This document shows positions 15,561 to 15,655 of a stretch of 15,655 bases of DNA, one piece after another. Both the position numbers and the translations under genes were made by a program. This stretch comes from an uncultured Deferribacteres bacterium (lineage in GTDB: Bacteria; Zhuqueibacterota; Zhuqueibacteria; Zhuqueibacterales; Geothermadaptataceae): the NCBI GenBank assembly GCA_964014485.1, contig CAXHAT010000183.1:1-15655 (forward strand), read 5' to 3'. The stretch's first letter is position 1. Every line of letters begins with the position of its first letter. The notes beneath the pieces were generated by a model. That model made no database searches. It was not told the origin of the DNA and saw nothing but the letters and a program-made list of their open reading frames with translations.

Positions 15561-15655
15561 GTAAGCAGTATTGAGTAAACGGTATTTAGAAGAGATTCTG
15601 CCGACATTCCGCACGTCAATTGTCGCATTTGAAATCATTTGTTGACAGAGCGCTT

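Noticed and set aside
15096..15628. Minus-strand ORFs 15096-15350 and 15347-15628
   Set aside because: No recognisable motifs. One overlaps the leader element and candidate promoter, and the other is antisense to the CTD relic.

Overview
Bacterial DNA, GC-rich in the long genes. The secreted-protein C-terminus (FALHQNYPNPFNPST...) suggests an FCB-related lineage such as KSB1, Calditrichaeota or Ignavibacteria, which is an inference. On the + strand are a 5'-truncated trypsin-like serine protease lipoprotein, a secreted S9 peptidase, a small membrane protein and an AT-richer BrnT/BrnA-like toxin-antitoxin pair. On the - strand is a ~3,340-aa secreted protein built as beta-propeller phytase, Ig-like domain, 22 FN3 plus 5 F5/8C (discoidin/CBM32-like) domains, and a T9SS type-A-like sorting domain (CTD). 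Four features stand out. (1) The TA pair sits between ~115-bp direct repeats made of the last 15 codons, stop and terminator of the giant gene, an att-like or duplication scar with no integrase in the window. (2) A second, internally deleted CTD relic lies at 15415-15560. (3) The long 5' leader of the giant gene holds a duplicated 56-nt structured element with GGA-loop hairpins directly downstream of a candidate sigma70 promoter. (4) The same leader holds two inverted octamer-repeat arrays.
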